A DNA stretch of 64,000 nt from Eledone cirrhosa (lineage: Eukaryota), in contig OZ024744.1 in the NCBI GenBank assembly GCA_964016885.1, forward strand, positions 2,294,001-2,358,000, given 5' to 3'. This document shows, piece by piece, positions 27,071 to 39,300 of this stretch; position 1 is the first letter of the stretch, and every line of letters starts with the position of its first letter. The translations under genes and the position numbers were made by a program. The notes below the pieces were generated by a model, which had not been told where the DNA came from, searched no databases, and worked only from the letters and a program-made list of their open reading frames with translations.

Positions 27071-29596
27071 AGCTATCTTTCTCTACCTTGTCTTCCCCTA
27101 AAACTTCGTTCTTCACCAAGCTATCTTTCACTACCTTGTCTTCACCAACAACTTCGTTCTTCACCAAGTTATCTTTCTCTACCTTGTCTTCCCACAAAAC
27201 GTCGTTCTTCACCAAGCTATCTTTCTCTACCCATTCTTCCCTCAAAACTTCGTTCTTCACCAAGCTATCTTTCTCTACCTTGTCTTCCCCCAAAACTTCG
27301 TTCTTCACCAAGCTATCTTTCTCTACCTTGCATTCCCTCAAAACTTCGTTCTTCATCAAGCTATCTTTCTCTACTTTGTCTTCCCTCAAAACGTCGTTCT
27401 TCACCAAGCTATCTTTCTCTACCTTGTCTTCAAACAAAACTTCGTTCGTTCTTCATCAAGCTATCTTTCTCTACCTTGTCCTCCCTCAAAACGTCGTTCT
27501 TCACCAACCTATCTTTCTCTACCTTGTCTTCCCCCAAAACTTCGTTCTTCACCAAGCTATCTTTCTCTACCTTGTCTTCCCACAAAACGTCGTTCTTCAC
27601 CAAGCTATCTTTCTCTACCTTGTCTCCCCTCAAAACGTCGTTCTTCACCAAGCTATCTTTCCCTACCCATTCTTCCCTCAAAACTTCGTTCTTCACCAAG
27701 CTATCTTTCTCTACCTTGTCTTCCCCCAAAACTTCGTTCTTCACCAAGCTATCTTTCTCTACCTTGTCTTCCCTCAAAACGTCGTTCTTCACCAAGCTAT
27801 CTTTCTCTATCTTGTCTTCCCCCAACACTTCGTTCTTCATCAAGCTATCTTTCTCAACCTTGTCGTCCCTCGAAACGTCGTTCTTCACCAAGCTATCTTT
27901 CTCTACCCATTCTTCCCTCAAAACTTCGTTCTTCACCAAGCTATCTTTCTCTACCTTGTCTTCCCTCAAAACTTCGTTCTTCATCAAGCTATCTTTCTCT
28001 ACCTTGTCTTCCCACAAAACTTCGTTCTTCACCAAGCTATCTTTCTCTACCTTGTCTCCCCTCAAAACGTCGTTCTTCACCAAGCTATCTTTCTCTACCC
28101 ATTCTTCCCTCAAAACATCGTTCTTCACCAAGCTATCTTTCTCTACCTTGTCTCCCCCAAAAGTTCGTTCTTCACCAAGCTATCTTTCTCTACCTTGTCT
28201 TCCCTCAAAACTTCCTTCTTCACCAAGCTATCTTTCTCTACCTTGTCTTCCCCCAAAACTTCGTTCCTCACCAAGCTATCTTTCTCTACCTTGTCTTCCC
28301 TCAAAACTTCGTTCTTCACCAAGCTATTTTTCTCTACATCGTCTTCTCTCAACACTTCGTTCTTCATCAAGCTATCTTTCTCTACCTTGTCTTCCCTCAA
28401 AACGTCGTTCTTCACCAAGCTATCTTTCTCTACCTTGTCTTCCCCCAACACTTCGTTCTTCATCAAGCTATCTTTCTCTACCTTGTCTTCCCTCAAAACG
28501 TCGTTTTTCACCAAGCTATCTTTCTCTACCTTGTCTTCCCTCAAAATTTCGTTCTTCACCAAGCTATCTTTCTCTACCTTGTCTTCCCCCAAAACTCCGT
28601 CCTTCACCAAGCTATCTTTCTCTACCTTGTCCTCCCCCAAAACCTCGTTCTTCATCAAGCTATCTTTCTCTACCTTGTCTTCCCTCAAAACGTCTTTCTT
28701 CACCAAGCTATCTTTCTCTACCTTGTCTTCCCTCACAACTTCGTTCTTCACCAAGCTATCTTTCTCTAACTTGTCTACCCCAAAACTTCGTTCTTCACCA
28801 AGCTATCTTTCTCTACCTTGTCTTCCCTCAAAACTTCGTTCTTCACCAAGCTATCTTTCTCTACCTTGTCTTCCCTCAAAACGTCGTTCTTCACCAAGCT
28901 ATCTTTCTCTACCTTGTCTTCCCCTAAAACTTCGTTCTTCACCAAGCTATCTTTCACTACCTTGTCTTCACCAACAACTTCGTTCTTCACCAAGTTATCT
29001 TTCTCTACCTTGTCTTCCCACAAAACGTCGTTCTTCACCAAGCTATCTTTCTCTACCCATTCTTCCCTCAAAACTTCGTTCTTCACCAAGCTATCTTTCT
29101 CTACCTTGTCTTCCCCCAAAACTTCGTTCTTCACCAAGCTATCTTTCTCTACCTTGCATTCCCTCAAAACTTCGTTCTTCATCAAGCTATCTTTCTCTAC
29201 TTTGTCTTCCCTCAAAACGTCGTTCTTCACCAAGCTATCTTTCTCTACCTTGTCTTCAAACAAAACTTCGTTCGTTCTTCATCAAGCTATCTTTCTCTAC
29301 CTTGTCCTCCCTCAAAACGTCGTTCTTCACCAACCTATCTTTCTCTACCTTGTCTTCCCCCAAAACTTCGTTCTTCACCAAGCTATCTTTCTCTACCTTG
29401 TCTTCCCACAAAACGTCGTTCTTCACCAAGCTATCTTTCTCTACCTTGTCTCCCCTCAAAACGTCGTTCTTCACCAAGCTATCTTTCCCTACCCATTCTT
29501 CCCTCAAAACTTCGTTCTTCACCAAGCTATCTTTCTCTACCTTGTCTTCCCCCAAAACTTCGTTCTTCACCAAGCTATCTTTCTCTACCTTGTCTT
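25892..29596. repeat. Near-identical tandem duplication of 1,826 bp (38 monomers)
   Basis: ORF pairs 26317/28143, 26949/28775 and 27430/29256 are all offset 1826 (38x48+2). The rare alleles CAAGTTATC, TTGCATTCC and CTTCAAACAAAA each occur in both copies. I saw one difference, CTCGTC ~26992 vs CTTGTC ~28818. Confidence 0.93.
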
Positions 29597-32500
29597 TCCT
29601 CAAAACTTCGTTCTTCACCAAGCTATCTTTCTCTACCTTGTCTTCCCCCAAAACTTCGTTCCTCACCAAGCTATCTTTCTCTACCTTGTCTTCCCTCAAA
29701 ACTTCGTTCTTCACCAAGCTATCTTTCTCTACCTCGTCTTCCCCCAAAACTTCGTTCTTCACCAAGCTATCTTTCTCTACCTTGTCTTCCCACAAAACGT
29801 CGTTCTTCACCAAGCTATCTTTCTCTATCTTGTCTTCCCCCAACAGTTCGTTCTTCATCAAGCTATCTTTCTCTACCTTGTCTTCCCTCAAAACGTCTTT
29901 CTTCACCAAGCTATCTTTCTCTACCTTGTCTTCCCTCAAAACGTCTTTCTTCACCAAGCTATCTTTCTCTACCTTGTCTTCCCTCAAAACTTCTTTCTTC
30001 ACCAAGCTATCTTTCTCTACCTTGTCTACCCCCAAAACTTCGTTCTTCACCAAGCTATCTTTCTCTACCTTGTCTTCCCTCAAAACTTCGTTCTTCACCA
30101 AGCTATCTTTCTCTACCTTGTCTTCCCTCAAAACTTCGTTCTTCTCCAAGCTATCTTTCTCTACCTTGTCTACGCCCAAAACTTCGTTCTTCACCAAGCT
30201 ATCTTTCTCTACCTTGTCTTCCCTCAAAACTTCGTTCTTCACCAAGCTATCTTTCTCTACCTTGTCTACCCCCAAAACTTCGTTCTTCACCAAGCTATCT
30301 TTCTCTACCTTGCCTTCCCTCAAAACTTCGTTCTTCATCAAGATATCTTTCTCTACTTTGTCATCCCTCAAAACGTCGTTCTTCACCAAGCTATCTTTCT
30401 CTACCTTGTCTTCCCTCAAAACTTCGTTCGTTCTTCCTCAAGCTATCTTTCTCTACCTTGTCTTCCCTCAAAACTTCGTTATTCACCAAGCTATCTTTCT
30501 CTACCTTGTCTTCCCCCAAAACTTCGTTCTTCATCAAGCTATCTTTCTCTACCGTGTCTTCCCTCAAAACGTCGTTCCTCACCAAGCTATCTTTCTCTAC
30601 CCATTCTTCCCTCAAAACTTCGTTCTTCACCAAGCTATCTTTCTCTACCTTGTCTTCCCCCAAAACTTCGTTCTTCACCAAGCTATCTTTCTCTACCTTG
30701 TCTTCCCACAAAACTTCGTTCTTCACCAAGCTATCTTTCTCTATCTTGTCTTCCCACAAAACTTCGTTCTTCACCAAGCTATCTTTCTCTACCTTGTCTC
30801 CCCTCAAAACGTCGTTCTTCACCAAGCTATGTTTCTCTACCCATTCTTCCCTCAAAACATCGTTCTTCACCAAGCTATCTTTCTCTACCTTGTCTCCCCC
30901 AAAAGTTCGTTCTTCACCAAGCTATCTTTCTCTACCTCGTCTTCCCTCAAAACGTCTTTCTTCACCAAGCTATCTTTCTCTACCTTGTCTTCCCTCAAAA
31001 CTTCGATCTTCACCAAGCTATCTTTCTCTACCCATTCTTCCCTCAAAACATCGTTCTTCACCAAGCTATCTTTCTCTACCTTGTCTTCCCCCAAAACTTC
31101 GTTCTTCACCAAGCTATCTTTCTCTACCTTGTCTTCCCTCAAAACGTCTTTCTTCACCAAGCTATCTTTCTCTACCTTGTCTTCCCTCAAAACTTCTTTC
31201 TTCACCAAGCTATCTTTCTCTACCTTGTCTTCCCCCAAAACTCCGTTCTTCACCAAGCTATCTTTCTCTACCTTGTCCTCCCCCAAAACTTCGTTCTTCA
31301 TCAAGCTATCTTTCTCTACTTTGTCTTCCCTCAAAACGTCTTTCTTCACTAAGCTATCTTTCTCTACCCATTCTTCCCTCAAAACTTCGTTCTTCACCAA
31401 GCTATCTTTCTCTACCTTGTCTGCCCCCAAAACTTCGTTCTTCACCAAGCTATCTTTCTCTACCTTGCCTTCCCTCAAAACTTCGTTCTTCATCAAGCTA
31501 TCTTTCTCTACTTTGTCTTCCCTCAAAACGTCGTTCTTCACCAAGCTATATTTCTCTACCTTGTCTTCCCTCAAAACTTCGTTCTTCACAAAGCTATCTT
31601 TCTCTACCTTGTCTTCCCCCCAAAACTCCGTTCTTCACCAAGCTATCTTTCTCTACCTTGTCCTCCCCCAAAACTTCGTTCTTCATCAAGCTATCTTTCT
31701 CTACCTTGTCTTCCCTCAAAACGTCTTTCTTCACTAAGCTATCTTTCTCTACCCATTCTTCCCTCAAAACTTCGTTCTTCACCAAGCTATCTTTCTCTAA
31801 CTTGTCTACCCGCAAAACTTCGTTCTTCACCAAGCTATCTTTCTCTACCTTGTCTTCCCTCAAAACTTCGTTCTTCACCAAGCTATCTTTCTCTACCTTG
31901 TCTTCCCTCAAAACGTCGTTCTTCACCAAGCTATCTTTCTCTACCTTGTCTTCCCCCAAAACTTCGTTCTTCACCAAGCTATCTTTCACTACCTTGTCTT
32001 CACCAACAACTTCGTTCTTCACCAAGCTATCTTTCTCTACCTTGTCTTCCCTCAAAACTTCGTTCTTCATCAAGCTATCTTTCTCTACCTTGTCTTCCCA
32101 CAAAACGTCGTTCTTCACCAAGCTATCTTTCTCTACCCATTCTTCCCTCAAAACTTCGTCTTCACCAAGCTATCTTTCTCTACCTTGTCTTCCCCCAAAA
32201 CTTCGTTCTTCACCAAGCTATCTTTCTCTACTTTGTCTTCCCTCAAAACGTCGTTCTTCACCAAGCAATCTTTCTCTACCTTGTCTTCCATCAAAACTTC
32301 GTTCGTTCTTCATCAAGCTATCTTTCTCTACCTTGTCCTCCCTCAAAACGTCGTTCTTCACCAACCTATCTTTCTCTACCTTGTCTTCCCCCAAAACTTC
32401 GTTCTTCACCAAGCTATCTTTCTCTACCTTGTCTTCCCACAAAACGTCGTTCTTCACCAAGCTATCTTTCTCTATCTTGTCTCCCCTCAAAACGTCGTTC

Positions 32501-35500
32501 TTCACCAAGCTATCTTTCTCTACCCATTCTTCCCTCAAAACTTCGTTCTTCACCAAGCTATCTTTCTCTACCTTGTCTTCCCCCAAAACTTCGTTCTTCA
32601 CCAAGCTATCTTTCTCTACCTTGTCTTCCCTCAAAACTTCGTTCTTCACCAAGCTATCTTTCTCTACCTTGTCTTCCCCCAAAACTTCGTTCCTCACCAA
32701 GCTATCTTTCTCTACCTTGTCTTCCCTCAAAACTTCGTTCTTCACCAAGCTATCTTTCTCTACCTCGTCTTCCCCCAAAACTTCGTTCTTCACCAAGCTA
32801 TCTTTCTCTACCTTGTCTTCCCACAAAACGTCGTTCTTCACCAAGCTATCTTTCTCTATCTTGTCTTCCCCCAACACTTCGTTCTTCATCAAGCTATCTT
32901 TCTCTACCTTGTCTTCCCTCAAAACGTCTTTCTTCACCAAGCTATCTTTCTCTACCTTGTCTTCCCTCAAAACGTCTTTCTTCACCAGGCTATCTTTCTC
33001 TACCTTGTCTTCCCTCAAAACTTCTTTCTTCACCAAGCTATCTTTCTCTACCTTGTCTACCCCCAAAACTTCGTTCTTCACCAAGCTATCTTTCTCTACC
33101 TTGTCTTCCCTCAAAACTTCGTTCTTCACCAAGCTATCTTTCTCTACCTTGTCTTCCCTCAAAACTTCGTTCTTCTCCAAGCTATCTTTCTCTACCTTGT
33201 CTACGCCCAAAACTTCGTTCTTCACCAAGCTATCTTTCTCTACCTTGTCTTCCCTCAAAACTTCGTTCTTCACCAAGCTATCTTTCTCTACCTTGTCTTC
33301 CCCCAAAACTTCGTTCTTCACCAAGCTATCTTTCTCTACCTTGCCTTCCCTCAAAACTTCGTTCTTCATCAAGATATCTTTCTCTACTTTGTCATCCCTC
33401 AAAACGTCGTTCTTCACCAAGCTATCTTTCTCTACCTTGTCTTCCCTCAAAACTTCGTTCGTTCTTCATCAAGCTATCTTTCTCTACCTTGTCTTCCCTC
33501 AAAACTTCGTTATTCACCAAGCTATCTTTCTCTACCTTGTCTTCCCCCAAAACTTCGTTCTTCATCAAGCTATCTTTCTCTACCTTGTCTTCCCTCAAAA
33601 CGTCGTTCTCCACCAAGCTATCTTTCTCTACCCATTCTTCCCTCAAAACTTCGTTCTTCACCAAGCTATCTTTCTCTACCTTGTCTTCCCCCAAAACTTC
33701 GTTCTTCACCAAGCTATCTTTCTCTACCTTGTCTTCCCACAAAACTTCGTTCTTCACCAAGCTATCTTTCTCTACCTTGTCTTCCCACAAAACTTCGTTC
33801 TTCACAAAGCTATCTTTCTCTACCTTGTCTTCCCCCAAAACTCCGTTCTTCACCAAGCTATCTTTCTCTACCTTGTCCTCCCCCAAAACTTCGTTCTTCA
33901 TCAAGCTATCTTTCTCTACCTTGTCTTCCCTCAAAACGTCTTTCTTCACTAAGCTATCTTTCTCTACCCATTCTTCCCTCAAAACTTCGTTCTTCACCAA
34001 GCTATCTTTCTCTACCTTGTCTGCCCCCAAAACTTCGTTCTTCACCAAGCTATCTTTCTCTACCTTGCCTTCCCTCAAAACTTCGTTCTTCATCAAGCTA
34101 TCTTTCTCTACTTTGTCTTCCCTCAAAACGTCGTTCTTCACCAAGCTATATTTCTCTACCTTGTCTTCCCTCAAAACTTCGTTCTTCACAAAGCTATCTT
34201 TCTCTACCTTGTCTTCCCCCAAAACTCCGTTCTTCACCAAGCTATCTTTCTCTACCTTGTCCTCCCCCAAAACTTCGTTCTTCATCAAGCTATCTTTCTT
34301 TACCTTGTCTTCCCTCAAAACGTCTTTCTTCACTAAGCTATCTTTCTCTACCCATTCTTCCCTCAAAACTTCGTTCTTCACCAAGCTATCTTTCTCTAAC
34401 TTGTCTACCCGCAAAACTTCGTTCTTCACCAAGCTATCTTTCTCTACCTTGTCTTCCCTCAAAACTTCGTTCTTCACCAAGCTATCTTTCTCTACCTTGT
34501 CTTCCCTCAAAACGTCGTTCTTCACCAAGCTATCTTTCTCTACCTTGTCTTCCCCCAAAACTTCGTTCTTCACCAAGCTATCTTTCACTACCTTGTCTTC
34601 ACCAACAACTTCGTTCTTCACCAAGCTATCTTTCTCTACCTTGTCTTCCCTCAAAACTTCGTTCTTCATCAAGCTATCTTTCTCTACCTTGTCTTCCCAC
34701 AAAACGTCGTTCTTCACCAAGCTATCTTTCTCTACCCATTCTTCCTTCAAAACTTCGTCTTCACCAAGCTATCTTTCTCTACCTTGTCTTCCCCCAAAAC
34801 TTCGTTCTTCACCAAGCTATCTTTCTCTACTTTGTCTTCCCTCAAAACGTCGTTCTTCACCAAGCAATCTTTCTCTACCTTGTCTTCCATCAAAACTTCG
34901 TTCGTTCTTCATCAAGCTATCTTTCTCTACCTTGTCCTCCCTCAAAACGTCGTTCTTCACCAACCTATCTTTCTCTACCTTGTCTTCCCCCAAAACTTCG
35001 TTCTTCACCAAGCTATCTTTCTCTACCTTGTCTTCCCACAAAACGTCGTTCTTCACCAAGCTATCTTTCTCTATCTTGTCTCCCCTCAAAACGTCGTTCT
35101 TCACCAAGCTATCTTTCTCTACCCATTCTTCCCTCAAAACTTCGTTCTTCACCAAGCTATCTTTCTCTACCTTGTCTTCCCCCAAAACTTCGTTCTTCAC
35201 CAAGCTATCTTTCTCTACCTTGTCTTCCCTCAAAACTTCGTTCTTCACCAAGCTATCTTTCTCTACCTTGTCTTCCCCCAAAACTTCGTTCCTCACCAAG
35301 CTATCTTTCTCTACCTTGTCTTCCCTCAAAACTTCGTTCTTCACCAAGCTATCTTTCTCTACCTCGTCTTCCCCCAAAACTTCGTTCTTCACCAAGCTAT
35401 CTTTCTCTACCTTGTCTTCCCACAAAACGTCGTTCTTTACCAAGCTATCTTTCTCTATCTTGTCTTCCCCCAACACTTCGTTCTTCATCAAGCTATCTTT

Positions 35501-38500
35501 CTCTACCTTGTCTTCCCTCAAAACGTCTTTCTTCACCAAGCTATCTTTCTCTACCTTGTCTTCCCTCAAAACGTCTTTCTTCACCAGGCTATCTTTCTCT
35601 ACCTTGTCTTCCCTCAAAACTTCGTTCTTCTCCAAGCTATCTTTCTCTACCTTGTCTACGCCCAAAACTTCGTTCTTCACCAAGCTATCTTTCTCTACCT
35701 TGTCTTCCCTCAAAACTTCGTTCTTCACCAAGCTATCTTTCTCTACCTTGTCTTCCCCCAAAACTTCGTTCTTCACCAAGCTATCTTTCTCTACCTTGCC
35801 TTCCCTCAAAACTTCGTTCTTCATCAAGATATCTTTCTCTACTTTGTCATCCCTCAAAACGTCGTTCTTCACCAAGCTATCTTTCTCTACCTTGTCTTCC
35901 CTCAAAACTTCGTTCGTTCTTCATCAAGCTATCTTTCTCTACCTTGTCTTCCCTCAAAACTTCGTTATTCACCAAGCTATCTTTCTCTACCTTGTCTTCC
36001 CCCAAAACTTCGTTCTTCATCAAGCTATCTTTCTCTACCTTGTCTTCCCTCAAAACGTCGTTCTTCACCAAGCTATCTTTCTCTACCCATTCTTCCCTCA
36101 AAACTTCGTTCTTCACCAAGCTATCTTTCTCTACCTTGTCTTCCCCCAAAACTTCGTTCTTCACCAAGCTATCTTTCTCTACCTTGTCTTCCCACAAAAC
36201 TTCGTTCTTCACCAAGCTATCTTTCTCTACCTTGTCTTCCCACAAAACTTCGTTCTTCACCAAGCTATCTTTCTCTACCTTGTCTCCCCTCAAAACGTCG
36301 TTCTTCACCAAGCTATGTTTCTCTACCCATTCTTCCCTCAAAACATCGTTCTTCACCAAGCTATCTTTCTCTACCTTGTCTCCCGCAAAAGTTCGTTCTT
36401 CACCAAGCTATCTTTCTCTACCTTGTCTTCCCTCAAAACGTCTTTCTTCACCAAGCTATCTTTCTCTACCTTGTCTTCCCTCAAAACTTCGATCTTCACC
36501 AAGCTATCTTTCTCTACCCATTCTTCCCTCAAAACTTCGTTCTTCACCAAGCTATCTTTCTCTACCTTGTCTTCCCCCAAAACTTCGTTCTTCACCAAGC
36601 TATCTTTCTCTACCTTGCTTTCCCTCAAAACTTCGTTCTTCATCAAGCTATCTTTCTCTACATTGTCTTCCTTCAAAACGTCGTTCTTCACCAAGCTATC
36701 TTTCTCTACCTTGTCTTCCCTCAAAACTTCGGTCGTTCTTCATCAAGCTATCTTTCTCTACCTTGTCTTCCCTCAAAACGTCGTTCTTCACCAAGCTATC
36801 TTTCTCTACCTTGTCTTCCCTCAAAACTTCGTTCTTCACAAAGCTATCTTTCTCTACCTTGTCTTCCCCCAAAACTCCGTTCTTCACCAAGCTATCTTTC
36901 TCTACCTTGTCCTCCCCCAAAACTTCGTTCTTCATCAAGCTATCTTTCTCTACCTTGTCTTCCCTCAAAACGTCTTTCTTCACTAAGCTATATTTCTCTA
37001 CCCATTCTTCCCTCAAAACTTCGTTCTTCACCAAGCTATCTTTCTCTACCTTGTCTGCCCCCAAAACTTCGTTCTTCACCAAGCTATCTTTCTCTACCTT
37101 GCCTTCCCTCAAAACTTCGTTCTTCATCAAGCTATCTTTCTCTACTTTGTCTTCCCTCAAAACGTCGTTCTTCACCAAGCTATATTTCTCTACCTTGCCT
37201 TCCCTCAAAACTTCGTTCTTCATCAAGCTATCTTTCTCTACTTTGTCTTCCCTCAAAACGTCGTTCTTCACCAAGCTATATTTCTCTACCTTGTCTTCCC
37301 TCAAAACTTCGTTCTTCACAAAGCTATCTTTCTCTACCTTGTCTTCCCCCAAAACTCCGTTCTTCACCAAGCTATCTTTCTCTACCTTGTCCTCCCCCAA
37401 AACTTCGTTCTTCATCAAGCTATCTTTCTCTACCTTGTCTTCCCTCAAAACGTCTTTCTTCACTAAGCTATCTTTCTCTACCCATTCTTCCCTCAAAACT
37501 TCGTTCTTCACCAAGCTATCTTTCTCTAACTTGTCTACCCGCAAAACTTCGTTCTTCACCAAGCTATCTTTCTCTACCTTGTCTTCCCTCAAAACTTCGT
37601 TCTTCACCAAGCTATCTTTCTCTACCTTGTCTTCCCTCAAAACGTCGTTCTTCACCAAGCTATCTTTCTCTACCTTGTCTTCCCCCAAAACTTCGTTCTT
37701 CACCAAGCTATCTTTCACTACCTTGTCTTCACCAACAACTTCGTTCTTCACCAAGCTATCTATCTCTACCTTGTCTTCCCTCAAAACTTCGTTCTTCATC
37801 AAGCTATCTTTCTCTACCTTGTCTTCCCACAAAACGTCGTTCTTCACCAAGCTATCTTTCTCTACCCATTCTTCCCTCAAAACTTCGTCTTCACCAAGCT
37901 ATCTTTCTCTACCTTGTCTTCCCCCAAAACTTCGTTCTTCACCAAGCTATCTTTCTCTACCTTGCCTTCCCTCAAAACTTCGTTCTTCATCAAGCTATCT
38001 TTCTCTACTTTGTCTTCCCTCAAAACGTCGTTCTTCACCAAGCAATCTTTCTCTACCTTGTCTTCCATTAAAACTTCGTTCGTTCTTCATCAAGCTATCT
38101 TTCTCTACCCATTCTTCCCTCAAAACTTCGTTCTTCACCAAGCTATCTTTCTCTACCTTGTCTTCCCCCAAAACTTCGTTCTTCACCAAGCTATCTTTCT
38201 CTACCTTGTCTTCCTTCAAAACTTCGTTCTTCACCAAGCTATCTTTCTCTACCTTGTCTTCCCCCAAAACTTCGTTCCTCACCAAGCTATCTTTCTCTAC
38301 CTTGTCTTCCCTCAAAACTTCGTTCTTCACCAAGCTATCTTTCTCTACCTCGTCTTCCCCCAAAACTTCGTTCTTCACCAAGCTATCTTTCTCTACCTTG
38401 TCTTCCCACAAAACGTCGTTCTTCACCAAGCTATCTTTCTCTATCTTGTCTTCGCCCAACACTTTGTTCTTCATCAAGCTATCTTTCTCTACCTTGTCTT

Positions 38501-39300
38501 CCCTCAAAACGTCTTTCTTCACCAAGCTATCTTTCTCTACCTTGTCTTCCCTCAAAACGTCTTTCTTCACCAGGCTATCTTTCTCTACCTTGTCTTCCCT
38601 CAAAACTTCTTTCTTCACCAAGCTATCTTTCTCTACCTTGTCTACCCCCAAAACTTCGTTCTTCACCAAGCTATCTTTCTCTACCTTGTCCTCCCCCAAA
38701 ACTTCGTTCTTCACCAAGCTATCTTTCTCTACCTTGCCTTCCCTCAAAACTTCGTTCTTCATCAAGCTATCTTTCTCTACTTTGTCATCCCTCAAAACGT
38801 CGTTCTTCACCAAGCTATCTTTCTCTACCTTGTCTTCCCTCAAAACTTCGTTCGTTCTTCATCAAGCTATCTTTCTCTACCTTGACTTCCCTCAAAACTT
38901 CGTTATTCACCAAGCTATCTTTCTCTACCTTGTCTTCCCCCAAAACTTCGTTCTTCATCAAGCTATCTTTCTCTACCTTGTCTTCCCTCAAAACGTCGTT
39001 CTTCACCAAGCTATCTTTCTCTACCCATTCTTCCCTCAAAACTTCGTTCTTCACCAAGCTATCTTTCTCTACCTTGTCTTCCCACAAAACTTCGTTCTTC
39101 ACCAAGCTATCTTTCTCTACCTTGTCTTCCCACAAAACTTCGTTCTTCACCAAGCTATCTTTCTCTACCTTGTCTCCCCTCAAAACGTCGTTCTTCACCA
39201 AGCTATGTTTCTCTACCCATTCTTCCCTCAAAACATCGTTCTTCACCAAGCTATCTTTCTCTACCTTGTCTCCCCCAAAAGTTCGTTCTTCACCAAGCTA
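29270..39300. repeat. Three to four diverging copies of a ~2.5-3.1 kb higher-order unit; best pair ~31210-33805 vs ~33810-36260
   Basis: ORF pairs 32151/34750, 32185/34784 and 32218/34817 (offset 2599), then 33450/35905 (2455). The markers TAACTTGTCTACCCGC (~31798, 34397, 37527), the -1 allele ACTTCGTCTTC (~32153, 34752, 37882) and AAGCAATC recur once per unit. Confidence 0.87.
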
